This document shows, in pieces, positions 36,442-47,020 of a stretch of 64,000 nt of DNA. The stretch is from Thermoplasmatales archaeon (GTDB taxonomy: Archaea; Thermoplasmatota; Thermoplasmata; Thermoplasmatales; Thermoplasmataceae), in the NCBI GenBank assembly GCA_027310185.1, contig DAIDBH010000017.1:192001-256000 (forward strand), read 5' to 3'. Numbering within the stretch: the first letter of the stretch is position 1; every line of letters starts with the position of its first letter. Position numbers and translations under genes: made by a program. The notes below the pieces were generated by a model. The model did no database searches and had not been told where the DNA came from. It was given only the letters and a program-made list of their open reading frames with translations.

Positions 36442-39018
36442 GTGGTGTGGAGAATTCACCATAGACTGCTTATAATCCTGATCTTCATGGTTATAGCATT
36501 TATGATGACTCCTGCATTGCTTCCTCATGAATCTTATAGTTATAAAACAACATTTGAAGCCCCAGAATCATCTTCACGGGTAAACACGGTAAAAAATTTA
36601 TCTGAAAATGAGCCGGTTAACTTATCCACCAACTACAATTCAGAAACTTATGTTTTTACAAACCACAGTTTGATTAAGGGATTTTACTGTAATCATGGAA
36701 ACGTGAGGCAACCATATGATTCCATATATGATCCAGTAAATCACCTCATTTATGTAATAAAGCTGTTTTCAAGTAGTGTTTGTATCGTGAATACATCCAC
36801 AAAGAGCATTGTCGACCAGATACCCGTTAATACCCTGGCGTCCTGCATGGTATACTCAGAAACCAATAATAGAATATTTATTTCCAGCATCTGTAATGAC
36901 TACGTGGTAGTTTTAAACCCTACAACTGAAAGGACTGTAAAGGATATACCAGTGGGCATAAATTCCTACTCACTTGTGTTGAATCCAACGGATCAAAGGC
37001 TCTATGTTTTTAATGACGTCAGTAAAAATATCTCAGTTATTAATGCAACAGACTGCGAAGGCGTTGGTTCAATCCACACAAAATATGGCCCAACAGATGG
37101 TTATGTTAGTGAAAATGATGAATATTTATTCGTAATTACTAACGAAAGTGAGAGCCTCTGCGTGATAAATATCAGCACTCAGAAAACTGTTAAAACCATT
37201 AATACAGGGGCAATCATAAGTGGAATTACCTGCGATCCACTGACAGGAAAACTCTATATTTCGTCAGCCGCGGGACCTGACATACTCTGTATTGATAGAA
37301 ACACATTGATTCCGGGTAATGAAATTCAGACGACACTTGATGGAAAGCTATTCTATTGCAGCCTGAATAACAGGATATACCTGTCAGATTCCATATCAAG
37401 CACTTTTTCTTATCTTAACCTTACAACAATGTCCATGGGAAATATGTATAATGTTTCATCTTTTCCGGTTTCATTTACTCTCATTCCTTCTTACAACCTC
37501 ATTTTCATTAACGAATTCGTTTCATGCAGTCTTTCGTTTCTCAACTTTTCAACTTTCTCAATAATAAAAACCATCAATACAACATATTCGCCATATTCAG
37601 CAATTTACTGCACATTAAATGGATACGTATACATAACTCAGGAATACAGGAATGATATACTGATTCTAAATAGCAGTAATTTCAACATAGTTTCAATAGT
37701 ACCAGTTCAGATATCTCCTAAACTGATGAGGATTAATCCTTTTAACAGAGAGATATATGTTATAAATTCTTTATCTGACAGTGTTACTGTTTTATCTCCA
37801 TTAACCAACAAAGTCCTGTATAATGTCAACGTTGGTGAAGATCCTTCAGATATAGTGTTCAACCCGGAAAATGGAACAGCCTTTATTTCCAATTACCTGT
37901 CAGGGAATATCTCTGTGGTTAGAATGAATTCAAGGATTGTAAATTATGGTTATAAAACTGGAAAAGGAGTCACCTCTTTATCATATGATCCAGAAAGTGG
38001 AGAGTTGTTCATAGCCAATGAGCTTGAAAATAAGGTTTACATAATTCCCACTCGAAAGACTAATGCCAGCATAACGGATCTGAATATTAATAATCCATAT
38101 TACCTGCTTTACTGCATTGCAAATAATCAGGTATATATTTCAAACAGATCTTTTTCACTCACTATATTCAATCCATCCACAGGAAAATTATCTCACATAA
38201 ATACACCGCATACACTGGGTGGAATGCTGTTTAACAATCCCCTGAACAGGGAAGTTTTCTACATGACATATGATGGAAAAATACTGATTTTCCAGAGTAA
38301 TATTGAAACTCCGTCTTATTACATAGTATCGACCTCAAATCAGAAGTGCTTGGCATTTTCAAGGGACAACGGAGATATTTTGCTAACTGACCCATCACAG
38401 GGAACCATATCCATACTTGTGCTCAAACCAGAATACCCAGTAAGCATAAGAGAAACCGGTCTGGAGACTGGTACCACATGGTTCTTAAACCTAACAACCT
38501 CAATCCATTCTGGTCCCATCTCTTCGAATACATACACATCAATGGTTCCACAGGGCTCTTATCAATATACGGCACAATCTTCAAACAAAATTTTCAACTC
38601 CTCCATAAGTGGAAACATAAATGTGAGTGAAAACGGGACTAACCTGAGTATAGCCTTTAGGCGAGTTCTCTACACTGTATTGTTTGAAAGGGATGTATAT
38701 TCAAACACAACACCGTGGAAAATCTGCACTGACGGTATTTCTATGGGAGCGGACGGAAAGTTTATAGAAATGCAACTTTCAAATGGTAGTTATTTGGCCA
38801 CAGTGCAGGTAGACTATTCCTCAGGAACAGTTACATTTCCCATAGAGTTTTTCGTAAACGGCACTCATCACTTTGTATACATAGCTATCCCACCTGTAAT
38901 CGAACATTATCCACCTGTTTCAACAATTGCCCTTGGTTCGGCTATCTTTATTTCTCCACTTGTTTTACTGTCGATTGCTTACCTGTTCCTCGACAGGAGA
39001 TCGAGAAGGAGGATCTAG
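36442..39018 (+). CDS. Membrane-anchored YncE/YVTN beta-propeller surface protein
   Basis: Signal anchor; repeated YDPxNxxIYV...SVxVI blades; ETGLETGTTW thermopsin-like C-terminal domain; C-terminal TM followed by RRSRRRI. Confidence 0.85.
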   Translation: MVWRIHHRLLIILIFMVIAFMMTPALLPHESYSYKTTFEAPESSSRVNTVKNLSENEPVNLSTNYNSETYVFTNHSLIKGFYCNHGNVRQPYDSIYDPVNHLIYVIKLFSSSVCIVNTSTKSIVDQIPVNTLASCMVYSETNNRIFISSICNDYVVVLNPTTERTVKDIPVGINSYSLVLNPTDQRLYVFNDVSKNISVINATDCEGVGSIHTKYGPTDGYVSENDEYLFVITNESESLCVINISTQKTVKTINTGAIISGITCDPLTGKLYISSAAGPDILCIDRNTLIPGNEIQTTLDGKLFYCSLNNRIYLSDSISSTFSYLNLTTMSMGNMYNVSSFPVSFTLIPSYNLIFINEFVSCSLSFLNFSTFSIIKTINTTYSPYSAIYCTLNGYVYITQEYRNDILILNSSNFNIVSIVPVQISPKLMRINPFNREIYVINSLSDSVTVLSPLTNKVLYNVNVGEDPSDIVFNPENGTAFISNYLSGNISVVRMNSRIVNYGYKTGKGVTSLSYDPESGELFIANELENKVYIIPTRKTNASITDLNINNPYYLLYCIANNQVYISNRSFSLTIFNPSTGKLSHINTPHTLGGMLFNNPLNREVFYMTYDGKILIFQSNIETPSYYIVSTSNQKCLAFSRDNGDILLTDPSQGTISILVLKPEYPVSIRETGLETGTTWFLNLTTSIHSGPISSNTYTSMVPQGSYQYTAQSSNKIFNSSISGNINVSENGTNLSIAFRRVLYTVLFERDVYSNTTPWKICTDGISMGADGKFIEMQLSNGSYLATVQVDYSSGTVTFPIEFFVNGTHHFVYIAIPPVIEHYPPVSTIALGSAIFISPLVLLSIAYLFLDRRSRRRI

Positions 39019-39110
39019 GTTTATTTTTGGCAATGAGTGGTGTCCTAACAGGACCACGGCTCAATGATTGGAAAAGCTTATTATCATACTTTTCACTATT
39101 AAACTAAAGC

Positions 39111-42100
39111 ATGTCATTTCCCACTCACAGAAAAAAATTCGTCATTTCATTAGTGATAGTATTCCTGATGGTATTTTCTACTTTCGCAGTCACATCCATT
39201 AATCAGGGAATTAATAAAAATTCGGTTTCTGAAACGGGTTTTAAGGGAAATACATACGAACGAGAAATTCTATGCAAGGAACTGGGTTCAAGAACGAACG
39301 TCCCATACAAAATTGATAGGACTGGAAATATTTCGAATACATCTTATGAAGGCAAGATGAATGTAATGATTACTTTCAGGCTCCAGAATGAGAGCAGACT
39401 GGAATCATATTTAACTGAACTTTCAGATTCCTCAAGTAAGCTTTATCACAGGTATATGACAAGGAGGGAGTTCGCCGAAAACTTCTCGGTATCAGGCAGA
39501 ATATACACTATGGCAATTGATTATTTTTCAACATTCAGTAATGTGAAGGTTAGAACATATTCTGATAGAATATCTATGATGTTATGTGCCCCCTCGAATA
39601 TGATTGACAGCATATTTCAAACTCAAATAGTGGAAAATAGGAGCAATGGTGAGATTAATTATTTTGCCGTGGAAATGCCTTCCCTCCCACGTTTAATAGA
39701 GGCCCAGGTTTCTCAGATATCTGGCCTGAGCAATAAACCGGTAGCCCAGACTGCCTCCCTGAGCCATCGGTTGATCGGGACAGATTATTCCAGTGCTAAA
39801 AACTATGTGAATGGCTACCCTGCGCCTATTGTAACTTCCGGAGTGCAATACCTGTATGGTTCTGATCTTCAGGTCGCGTACTGTACCGCACCTCTCTACA
39901 ACGTCACATATCCAACAAATACGGTAGTTGCCACAATATTATGGGCAGGAAACACCAGTACAGGCCAGAGAGTTGGTCCTTTCAATCCCTCCAATATTTA
40001 CGATTACTACAATTCTACTATTCCTGCAGGTGAGCTACATTCAGTATTACATGGCGTACCCATAGGAGGAGCAGCTTATCCAGGAAAGTCTGCAAATGAT
40101 GATACTTCAGGTGTAACACTCGAAAATACACTTGATCTTGAGATGATCGGTAGCCTTGCACCGGGGTCTAACATCTACAACGTTTATGGTCCCACTCCGA
40201 CAGAAGCCTGCCTTAACGCTGCCTTTGCGTACATACTGAATCCAAATGCTACCGAGAAGGGACTGAACAATGTTTCAGTGATTTCAAATTCATGGGGCAC
40301 AGCAGAGTTCAATGATACTGCATGGTTTGAATATCTGCAGGAAGCACAGGCAAGGGGAATCTCAGTCCTTGCAAGCAGTGGTGATTCAGGAGATAATTCA
40401 GCCAGCTCAGAATATAGCGCCAATTCAAATTATACAAACGATTTCCTTAACTTCCCTGCTTCAATGGCTTATGACAGCTTCGGAATCACGTCGGTAGGAG
40501 GCACCACACTGGAATTAAGTGGAAACCTGCACATAAAGAGCCAGTCAGCATGGTATGAATATGAAAAACTGCTCACGATTCCAGTAGATCCAATCGGGAG
40601 TGTTGGTGGAATAAGTCAGGTGTTCAGTGAAACAGCATGGCAGAGAGATACTGAAGCAAACGATGTTATAAAAGGTGAAGGACTCGGTGTTCCAGATATT
40701 GCATCAATGGCAAATAACACTCTTATGTGCGTTACTGTGAATGGGGCTCAATCCATATGCTCTGTAGCGGGAACAAGTGTTGCATCACCGACTGAAGCTG
40801 GAATAATAGCAGATATTAATGCGGTTCTCAATCACTACGGGCAGCAAAACCTGGGATATCTCAATCCTTCAATATATAAGGTAGCAAATCAGGAATTTTT
40901 TGGAAATTCCAGTGTAAAGAACTTATCGTACACAACCAGTAGTGTTGATCAGGTTTATCTACCACTGGAACCTTTTTATAACGTCAATCACGGAGGTAAC
41001 GCACTTTACAGGGCAGTATACGGATATAATCTGGTAACTGGCTGGGGCTCCATCAATGCGTATAATTTCACAGAATTCCTGCTTGATCAGGATTTCAAGA
41101 ATAATCCAGTGGCTCTTTCAGGTGTGGAAAATGTGGTAAATATTTCCTCCCTTAATTTTACAGATCAAAGAAGCGGCAAACCGGTACCTGGGGGCAGAAC
41201 CGTTGATATTGAACAGCAATATACAGTTTCTGACCAGCTTGGCGATCCCATATACCATATACACGGGATATTGAATCTCACGTTGAATTCTAATTCCCAG
41301 TGGAGCGGTTATATTCTTGTGGGAGCAGAGTATTCTTCATATCAATCTGGGAGTTTATTCAGGAATTATGAAATCTCAGGTAAGCTTAAGCTCAGCCTCA
41401 CTTCATTCCCGTCTTATCTTGAATTGAAGTCTTTGTTGAACTCGTCTAATGGCATGATCGGTACCTTCCTCACATTTGGAGTGAATGGTACATTTATAAA
41501 AATACCCCTCCCTGGCGGTGCGTACATAATAGGATCAGAGAATTACAGTTACATTGATCCATACTCGTCACTTACGGTACCGGAACCACCTATAACCGTA
41601 CAGAATGGAGTACTTGATCCAGAATTCGGTTTTGTTTCGCCTTCAGCTGGAGAGAGTTCAGTGTTTTCCATGAAATCAGATGCAAACACATCCTTCCTCC
41701 TGCTTCCATTCGGCCGTAGCGTATTTGTGAAGAGCAGCACTCATCTGCTAGGAATAAACAGTTACCTGAGTGATGGTGATGGTACAGTAACGAACCTGGA
41801 ATGGATGAGAACAGGATATGATCAATGGTTCATAACAAACATGAATGGTTCTGATAATTATGGAATTAGTGCTTACCTTGAATCATACAGAGTAACTCTC
41901 CTGGAGAGCGGACTTCCCAGCGATCAGAAATGGTCGGCGGAAATTGGAAACAGATCATTTTATACTGAAAGGAATTCTCTGACTGTTTCACTCATAAATG
42001 GTACCTATAAGGCATCTCCCTCAACAGCTGGTGATCAAAGAGGATATCCTGGCAATTATTCTTTCACAGTGTATGGGAAATCCCTTTATTCTCTTCCTGT

Positions 42101-44144
42101 AGAATTTGAAACAAATGCAAATGAAACTCTGCTCAATGAGATCTATACTGCAACACCAGAACTCAAATCTTACGTAAGAGGCAGTTCCGTATATAACCTC
42201 AACTTAAGCCAGCCTCTCCTGGAGACTGGAACTGATACAGCGGCCATAGACAGCTCACTTAGCAGGATGTACACAATTGATTTCAGCACTGGGACTATGA
42301 ATGTGCTCAATCTCACTACTGACCGTTATTATAATAGTGTGCAAATTGGAAGGAATTCCGAACCTTATGATATTATTTATGATAACTATACAGATCATAT
42401 CTACATATTCAGCATGAAAACCGGGAATATTACATTTGTAAATCCATCTACAATGAATATCATCATGAATGTTACAGTGGCACAACTAGAGGGAAAGGAG
42501 GCATTGATGGAAATTATGCCTGAAACTGGTGATCTTCTTATTTTCAGCAACAGATCACAGTTCTACGAAATCAATGGAATGTCTGGTGCGATCAGTAATG
42601 TTTTCAACGGAAGAAATTTTGAAGGGTACTCTCCCTATTATACATATTCTGGGGGGAACATATATGCAGTTAACAGCACTGCAGAAACGGTTGATAAATT
42701 GAGCGTATCAACAGGCAGCGTATCATATTTCCATTTACCTGGAAATGTCAGGCCTCTATCAATATTCAACTCCGGCCTGGACTCTGTGCTTCTCATATCC
42801 GGTATTACAGGTAACAATTATCAACTGATTTCATTTAACATTACCGATAATTCATTCAGCAACGGTCCTGATTTAACCGGGATAGCAATCCATGCATCAT
42901 TTGACTCATTAAACAGGCTTGACTATATAGATACTTCAGGGACAGCAGGCGAGGTCTGGATCATAAATCCTGCAAATCTAAGTCTGGCTGGGAGTGCCCC
43001 GTATATCATTCCAGATTCTGATGGCATGTTCCCCGGTATTACCAGCTTCGAGGAGAGAAACCAGTATATCTATGCTGTTGAACCTGGGATTTCGTCAGTA
43101 TACGTATACAATGTGCAGCACTATTATGGAATAACTTTCAGACAGACCGGATTACCATCTGTTTCAAGGTGGTTCCTGAATGTAACTGGAAAGACAGCAG
43201 GACCAATCAGCACCAGTGAATATTCCCTGAATCTCCCAAACGGAACATATATCTATTCTGGCTACAGCAATAATGTGAATTATATTCTCTTCCCATACGA
43301 GAGCGTCCTGGTTGTGAATGGAAGAACAGAGATTGCAAATCTATCCTTTTATTTCTCCTATTTAGTTACATATAACGAAACGGGATTGCCTTCAGGTCTG
43401 CCATGGTATGTTAATGTTACTGGACTCAGGCCATCCGGTAGCATAACGGTGGATAAATTCGTCATAAGGATTCCAAATGGCACACTGTCCTATTCTGTGG
43501 CCAGTTCAAACAAGATATATGCTCCATATTACCATGAAAACAAGATATCAGTTGATGGCAGGCAAGAGAACGTTACCGTAGCATTTTACCTTGTAACATT
43601 CAATATATCTTTCACGGAGAAGGGCCTTTCATCTGGAACAAAATGGAGTATTACCGAAGATGGGACTGAAACGGTCTACTCAATTACATCAGGTATTATT
43701 TTCAGCCTGCCAAATGGTACCTACAGATTCACACTCCCAAACTTGCAGAGTTACTACAATGTAATCGGGAACATGTCTATCAGGGTTGATGGCAAAAACC
43801 TGACGGAGGAGATAGGCTACTATCATTATGCATATATATCAGGTAATTTACTACCCGCAAATGCAATCCTTACAATTAATGGAAAGGTGATAAAATCTGT
43901 AAATGGTGCATTCAATGTGAGTGAGGAGGCTGGTTATTTCCAGCTTGTGGTTAAGGCTAACGGCTACAATTCCTTCCATAGTGATTTCTCACTGAGACCT
44001 GGGAATTCTAGGAATTTTGAAGTGAAATTAACTAGGGTTCCAAGCCTGACTGTGTATTTTTATCTCGAAGTCTATGGAACTATAGGAGCGATTGTGGCAG
44101 CCATGATTATTGGGTCCGTATACCTTGCCATAAGGAAGAGGTGA
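39111..44144 (+). CDS. Large membrane-anchored S53 (sedolisin/kumamolisin) protease with propeller and thermopsin-like repeat domains
   Basis: Pro-domain (YHRYMTRREF), ENTLDLE (Glu/Asp), SSGDSG, VPDIA, AGTSVASP (Ser) and VTGWGS; four (E/Q)xGLxSxxxW repeats; C-terminal TM followed by RKR. Confidence 0.9.
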   Translation: MSFPTHRKKFVISLVIVFLMVFSTFAVTSINQGINKNSVSETGFKGNTYEREILCKELGSRTNVPYKIDRTGNISNTSYEGKMNVMITFRLQNESRLESYLTELSDSSSKLYHRYMTRREFAENFSVSGRIYTMAIDYFSTFSNVKVRTYSDRISMMLCAPSNMIDSIFQTQIVENRSNGEINYFAVEMPSLPRLIEAQVSQISGLSNKPVAQTASLSHRLIGTDYSSAKNYVNGYPAPIVTSGVQYLYGSDLQVAYCTAPLYNVTYPTNTVVATILWAGNTSTGQRVGPFNPSNIYDYYNSTIPAGELHSVLHGVPIGGAAYPGKSANDDTSGVTLENTLDLEMIGSLAPGSNIYNVYGPTPTEACLNAAFAYILNPNATEKGLNNVSVISNSWGTAEFNDTAWFEYLQEAQARGISVLASSGDSGDNSASSEYSANSNYTNDFLNFPASMAYDSFGITSVGGTTLELSGNLHIKSQSAWYEYEKLLTIPVDPIGSVGGISQVFSETAWQRDTEANDVIKGEGLGVPDIASMANNTLMCVTVNGAQSICSVAGTSVASPTEAGIIADINAVLNHYGQQNLGYLNPSIYKVANQEFFGNSSVKNLSYTTSSVDQVYLPLEPFYNVNHGGNALYRAVYGYNLVTGWGSINAYNFTEFLLDQDFKNNPVALSGVENVVNISSLNFTDQRSGKPVPGGRTVDIEQQYTVSDQLGDPIYHIHGILNLTLNSNSQWSGYILVGAEYSSYQSGSLFRNYEISGKLKLSLTSFPSYLELKSLLNSSNGMIGTFLTFGVNGTFIKIPLPGGAYIIGSENYSYIDPYSSLTVPEPPITVQNGVLDPEFGFVSPSAGESSVFSMKSDANTSFLLLPFGRSVFVKSSTHLLGINSYLSDGDGTVTNLEWMRTGYDQWFITNMNGSDNYGISAYLESYRVTLLESGLPSDQKWSAEIGNRSFYTERNSLTVSLINGTYKASPSTAGDQRGYPGNYSFTVYGKSLYSLPVEFETNANETLLNEIYTATPELKSYVRGSSVYNLNLSQPLLETGTDTAAIDSSLSRMYTIDFSTGTMNVLNLTTDRYYNSVQIGRNSEPYDIIYDNYTDHIYIFSMKTGNITFVNPSTMNIIMNVTVAQLEGKEALMEIMPETGDLLIFSNRSQFYEINGMSGAISNVFNGRNFEGYSPYYTYSGGNIYAVNSTAETVDKLSVSTGSVSYFHLPGNVRPLSIFNSGLDSVLLISGITGNNYQLISFNITDNSFSNGPDLTGIAIHASFDSLNRLDYIDTSGTAGEVWIINPANLSLAGSAPYIIPDSDGMFPGITSFEERNQYIYAVEPGISSVYVYNVQHYYGITFRQTGLPSVSRWFLNVTGKTAGPISTSEYSLNLPNGTYIYSGYSNNVNYILFPYESVLVVNGRTEIANLSFYFSYLVTYNETGLPSGLPWYVNVTGLRPSGSITVDKFVIRIPNGTLSYSVASSNKIYAPYYHENKISVDGRQENVTVAFYLVTFNISFTEKGLSSGTKWSITEDGTETVYSITSGIIFSLPNGTYRFTLPNLQSYYNVIGNMSIRVDGKNLTEEIGYYHYAYISGNLLPANAILTINGKVIKSVNGAFNVSEEAGYFQLVVKANGYNSFHSDFSLRPGNSRNFEVKLTRVPSLTVYFYLEVYGTIGAIVAAMIIGSVYLAIRKR

Positions 44145-44183
44145 AAAGAATAGTTATAAGTCCTTCGTTTGGCATGTAATACC

Positions 44184-45017
44184 ATGGAAGATCAGGAACC
44201 TGTGTTTGATTACATAGCTGAAAATTATGATAACACCCGGGGAAAGCTTGATGACATGGAACTTAACGTTCTATTGCATGCACTGAGGGATTGCAGGAAT
44301 ATTCTTGAAATTGGTGCCGGAACGGGTAGAATAATGAAGCCATTGCAGGACCATGGAATTGATATAACAGGTGTTGATATTTCAAGAAAGATGCTTCAGA
44401 AAGCCAGTGAGAAGGGCCTGAATCATCTGGTCATAGGTGATGCGACAAACCTGCCATTCCTGGACAAATCCTTTGATGCCGTGATAACGGTTCATGTTTT
44501 CCATCTTATAAAAGATATTGATAGGGTTTTCAGGGAGGCTGCCAGAGTTTCTAGAAAGTATATCATCACGTTTGTCAGGGAAAGAAGGCATGTTGAAGAT
44601 TCAGTGACCTACAGGAGAAATGATTTGTTTGGTATTGTAAGGGAAGTTGCTGAGAGATATGGATATGAACTTGAACCTGGAAAGCGGTTTCACAATCGTT
44701 CTGAGGGGGAGCTGACTGGAAAATTTCCACCGGATGAGAGGATACAGATCAGGGAATATAATAGAAAAACAAACCCGGAGAGTTTCATAGACAGGATGAG
44801 ATATTCATCGAGGTTTGTCAGGATGTTCAGCAGAATTCCGGAGGAAGACCTCTCCAAAATATTCTTAGATGCAAAGAAAGAAGTAGAAAAAATGAAGTTA
44901 GAACCTGTTGAGGTTATGATGAGTGAGTACCTGGCAATATGGTACCCTGATAGTATTGGAAAACGGATTATAGAATATGGAACAACCCATATTAATTCTG
45001 ATTCTCCGCCCATTTAA
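44184..45017 (+). CDS. Class I SAM-dependent methyltransferase (UbiE-like fold)
   Basis: ILEIGAGTG, GVDIS, GDATNLPFLDKSFD and HVFH motifs. Confidence 0.9.
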   Translation: MEDQEPVFDYIAENYDNTRGKLDDMELNVLLHALRDCRNILEIGAGTGRIMKPLQDHGIDITGVDISRKMLQKASEKGLNHLVIGDATNLPFLDKSFDAVITVHVFHLIKDIDRVFREAARVSRKYIITFVRERRHVEDSVTYRRNDLFGIVREVAERYGYELEPGKRFHNRSEGELTGKFPPDERIQIREYNRKTNPESFIDRMRYSSRFVRMFSRIPEEDLSKIFLDAKKEVEKMKLEPVEVMMSEYLAIWYPDSIGKRIIEYGTTHINSDSPPI

Positions 45018-45057
45018 AAACGCAAAAGAATATTTAAACAGCTTGAGATATAAATGC

Positions 45058-46260
45058 ATGTCTTTTAGTTCAGGTGAAACCGTAATAATAGGAGCAGGAA
45101 GTACAGGCACCAGTATTGCCCACTCAATGAGCAGGGATGGAATGAAGGTTACCCTCGTTGATATGAATGGAATTGCCGGTGGTAACACCGGAAAGTCGAG
45201 TGCGCTGGTGAGAACTCATTACAGCAATGAAACTGTTGCCAGTATGGCAAAATTCTCCCTTGAGCTATTGAGCAACTTCTCTGAAATTGGATATTCAGGA
45301 TATACCAGGACAGGGATGGTGTATGCATTTCCAGAATCAGATATACAGTCCGAGAAAAAGAATATTGACATGCTTAAAGAAATTGGAGTTCAAATAGAAG
45401 AGATAGGGAAGGATGAATTGAAGTTGTTTTATAATCCAATAAATATGGAGAATTTCGATTACATTACCTATGAACCTCAAAGTGGTTACGCAGATCCCGT
45501 AGCAACCTCCAATTCATTTGCGTCCAGAGCACGGGAACTTGGAGCCACAATTAATATCAATAAAAGAGCAAATAGAATTAAGAAGGATGCAAAGGGCACA
45601 AGAGTTTATTTTTCGGATGGAACAGAAAGAGTCTTTGATCGTGTAGTTCTTGCAACAAATATCTGGACAAATAAGATCCTCAGAGATTCAGGAGTGGAAG
45701 AAAATGAGCTGCTTCCCATCACTGCAACAAGACACAATGTGATATATCTGAGAAGACCGGAATCATACAAGGGTACCAAACCGGTACTCTGGGATATAGC
45801 CCAGCTTTCATATTACAAGATGGAAGGCGATACAGTAACTGCAGTGGGAAGCCTCGATCCCGGAATTGACAGGATTCCAACGGATAGTGAGGAACAGATA
45901 TTTGATGAAGCCAGCGAAGAGTTCATGGAAAAATATCTGGGAAATATTTCAAGAAGGTTACCGAACATGAATGATGCTGAATATATATCGACAGTCAGTG
46001 GAAGATATGACATGACGCCAGATGGAGAACCTATAATGGATGACCTGTCTCATCTGGATCTTGGGGAAGTTTATGTTTGTGCTGGCCTCAGCGGACACGG
46101 ATTCAAACTGTCACCAGCCATTGGAAATATTATGTCAGATATGATCCAGGCAAAGAATCCAGGAGACTGCATGTTTGACTGGAAAATATTCAACTGGAAA
46201 CGATTCAGGGATGGAAAACTAATAGGCAGGAATCATGAGGATATAGGCACGCTATACTGA
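45058..46260 (+). CDS. FAD-dependent oxidoreductase (sarcosine oxidase beta/DadA family)
   Basis: IIGAGSTG, GNTGKSSA, YDMTPDGEP and GLSGHGFKLSPAIG motifs; ATG at 45058. Confidence 0.9.
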   Translation: MSFSSGETVIIGAGSTGTSIAHSMSRDGMKVTLVDMNGIAGGNTGKSSALVRTHYSNETVASMAKFSLELLSNFSEIGYSGYTRTGMVYAFPESDIQSEKKNIDMLKEIGVQIEEIGKDELKLFYNPINMENFDYITYEPQSGYADPVATSNSFASRARELGATININKRANRIKKDAKGTRVYFSDGTERVFDRVVLATNIWTNKILRDSGVEENELLPITATRHNVIYLRRPESYKGTKPVLWDIAQLSYYKMEGDTVTAVGSLDPGIDRIPTDSEEQIFDEASEEFMEKYLGNISRRLPNMNDAEYISTVSGRYDMTPDGEPIMDDLSHLDLGEVYVCAGLSGHGFKLSPAIGNIMSDMIQAKNPGDCMFDWKIFNWKRFRDGKLIGRNHEDIGTLY

Positions 46261-46403
46261 TAAATGAGCAATTGTTTCCTTTGCCTGAACAGCAATGGAG
46301 GACTGCGTGCGGCAGAATCATCAGGTTGTGATTTCGAAATATTAACTCTCAACTGGATATAGGATACAGTTTATATCTAATAATTTATAAGGTGTATCAA
46401 TTT

Positions 46404-46964
46404 ATGAAAAGGAGCAAAGATAGTACATTTCCAGTATCCGGGAGGCCACAGATTATAAGACGGGTTATGTTCTACAGTATATCTCTCTTGCTCTCGCTAC
46501 TTATCATAGTAATATCTGTAACATTTTTTGTGATTGTTGTTTACCTCGAGGGTAGGGTGACTGAAGATTTTTTTTATCTTTTTATTGGGGTATTAATTAT
46601 TAACTTTGCGATTTCAGCACTTTCTATAAAAGGAATGATGACTTTGTATCCCATGTTTCAACCTGAACATACAGAGTACAGAACTGTGTTCTTATCCAAG
46701 CCAGATGAAGTACGCCCAACAGCTAATTCAGATTCAATGGCCGAAATGAACCCGGAGTACTCTACGGATCTAGAACTTGAAATTATAGACCTCCTAAAGA
46801 AAAACGGAGGTAAAATGCTTCAAAGTAAGATAGTGACAACAGTAAATGTCTCAAAAACATCCATATCCAGAACCCTGACAGCATTGGAGAATAAAGGAGT
46901 GATTGTTAAGGTAAGAAAGGGAGTAACAAATGAAATAATCCTTACTGAAACCTATTCCAATTAG
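46404..46964 (+). CDS. Membrane-anchored winged-helix (MarR-like) transcriptional regulator
   Basis: Two N-terminal TM helices followed by TDLELEIIDLL...GKMLQSKIV...SKTSISRTLTALENKGVI...RKGVTN. Confidence 0.8.
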   Translation: MKRSKDSTFPVSGRPQIIRRVMFYSISLLLSLLIIVISVTFFVIVVYLEGRVTEDFFYLFIGVLIINFAISALSIKGMMTLYPMFQPEHTEYRTVFLSKPDEVRPTANSDSMAEMNPEYSTDLELEIIDLLKKNGGKMLQSKIVTTVNVSKTSISRTLTALENKGVIVKVRKGVTNEIILTETYSN

Positions 46965-46997
46965 TTTCATGAAACATGTTTCAAACAAAACTTAAGT
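46946..46997 (+). promoter_or_regulatory. Clustered TGAAAC/GTTTCA palindromic sites upstream of a BRE/TATA-like element
   Basis: Perfect palindromes GTTTCATGAAAC (46964-46975) and TGAAACATGTTTCA (46970-46983), an extra TGAAAC at 46946, and AAAACTTAAG ~30 nt before ATG 47021. Confidence 0.55.
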
Positions 46998-47020
46998 GTC
47001 TTTCCACCATATTAAACTTC

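Noticed and set aside
39037-39057. Small hairpin GTGGTGTCCT-AAC-AGGACCAC between the surface protein genes
   Set aside because: Short and bulged with no following U-tract; insufficient evidence of function
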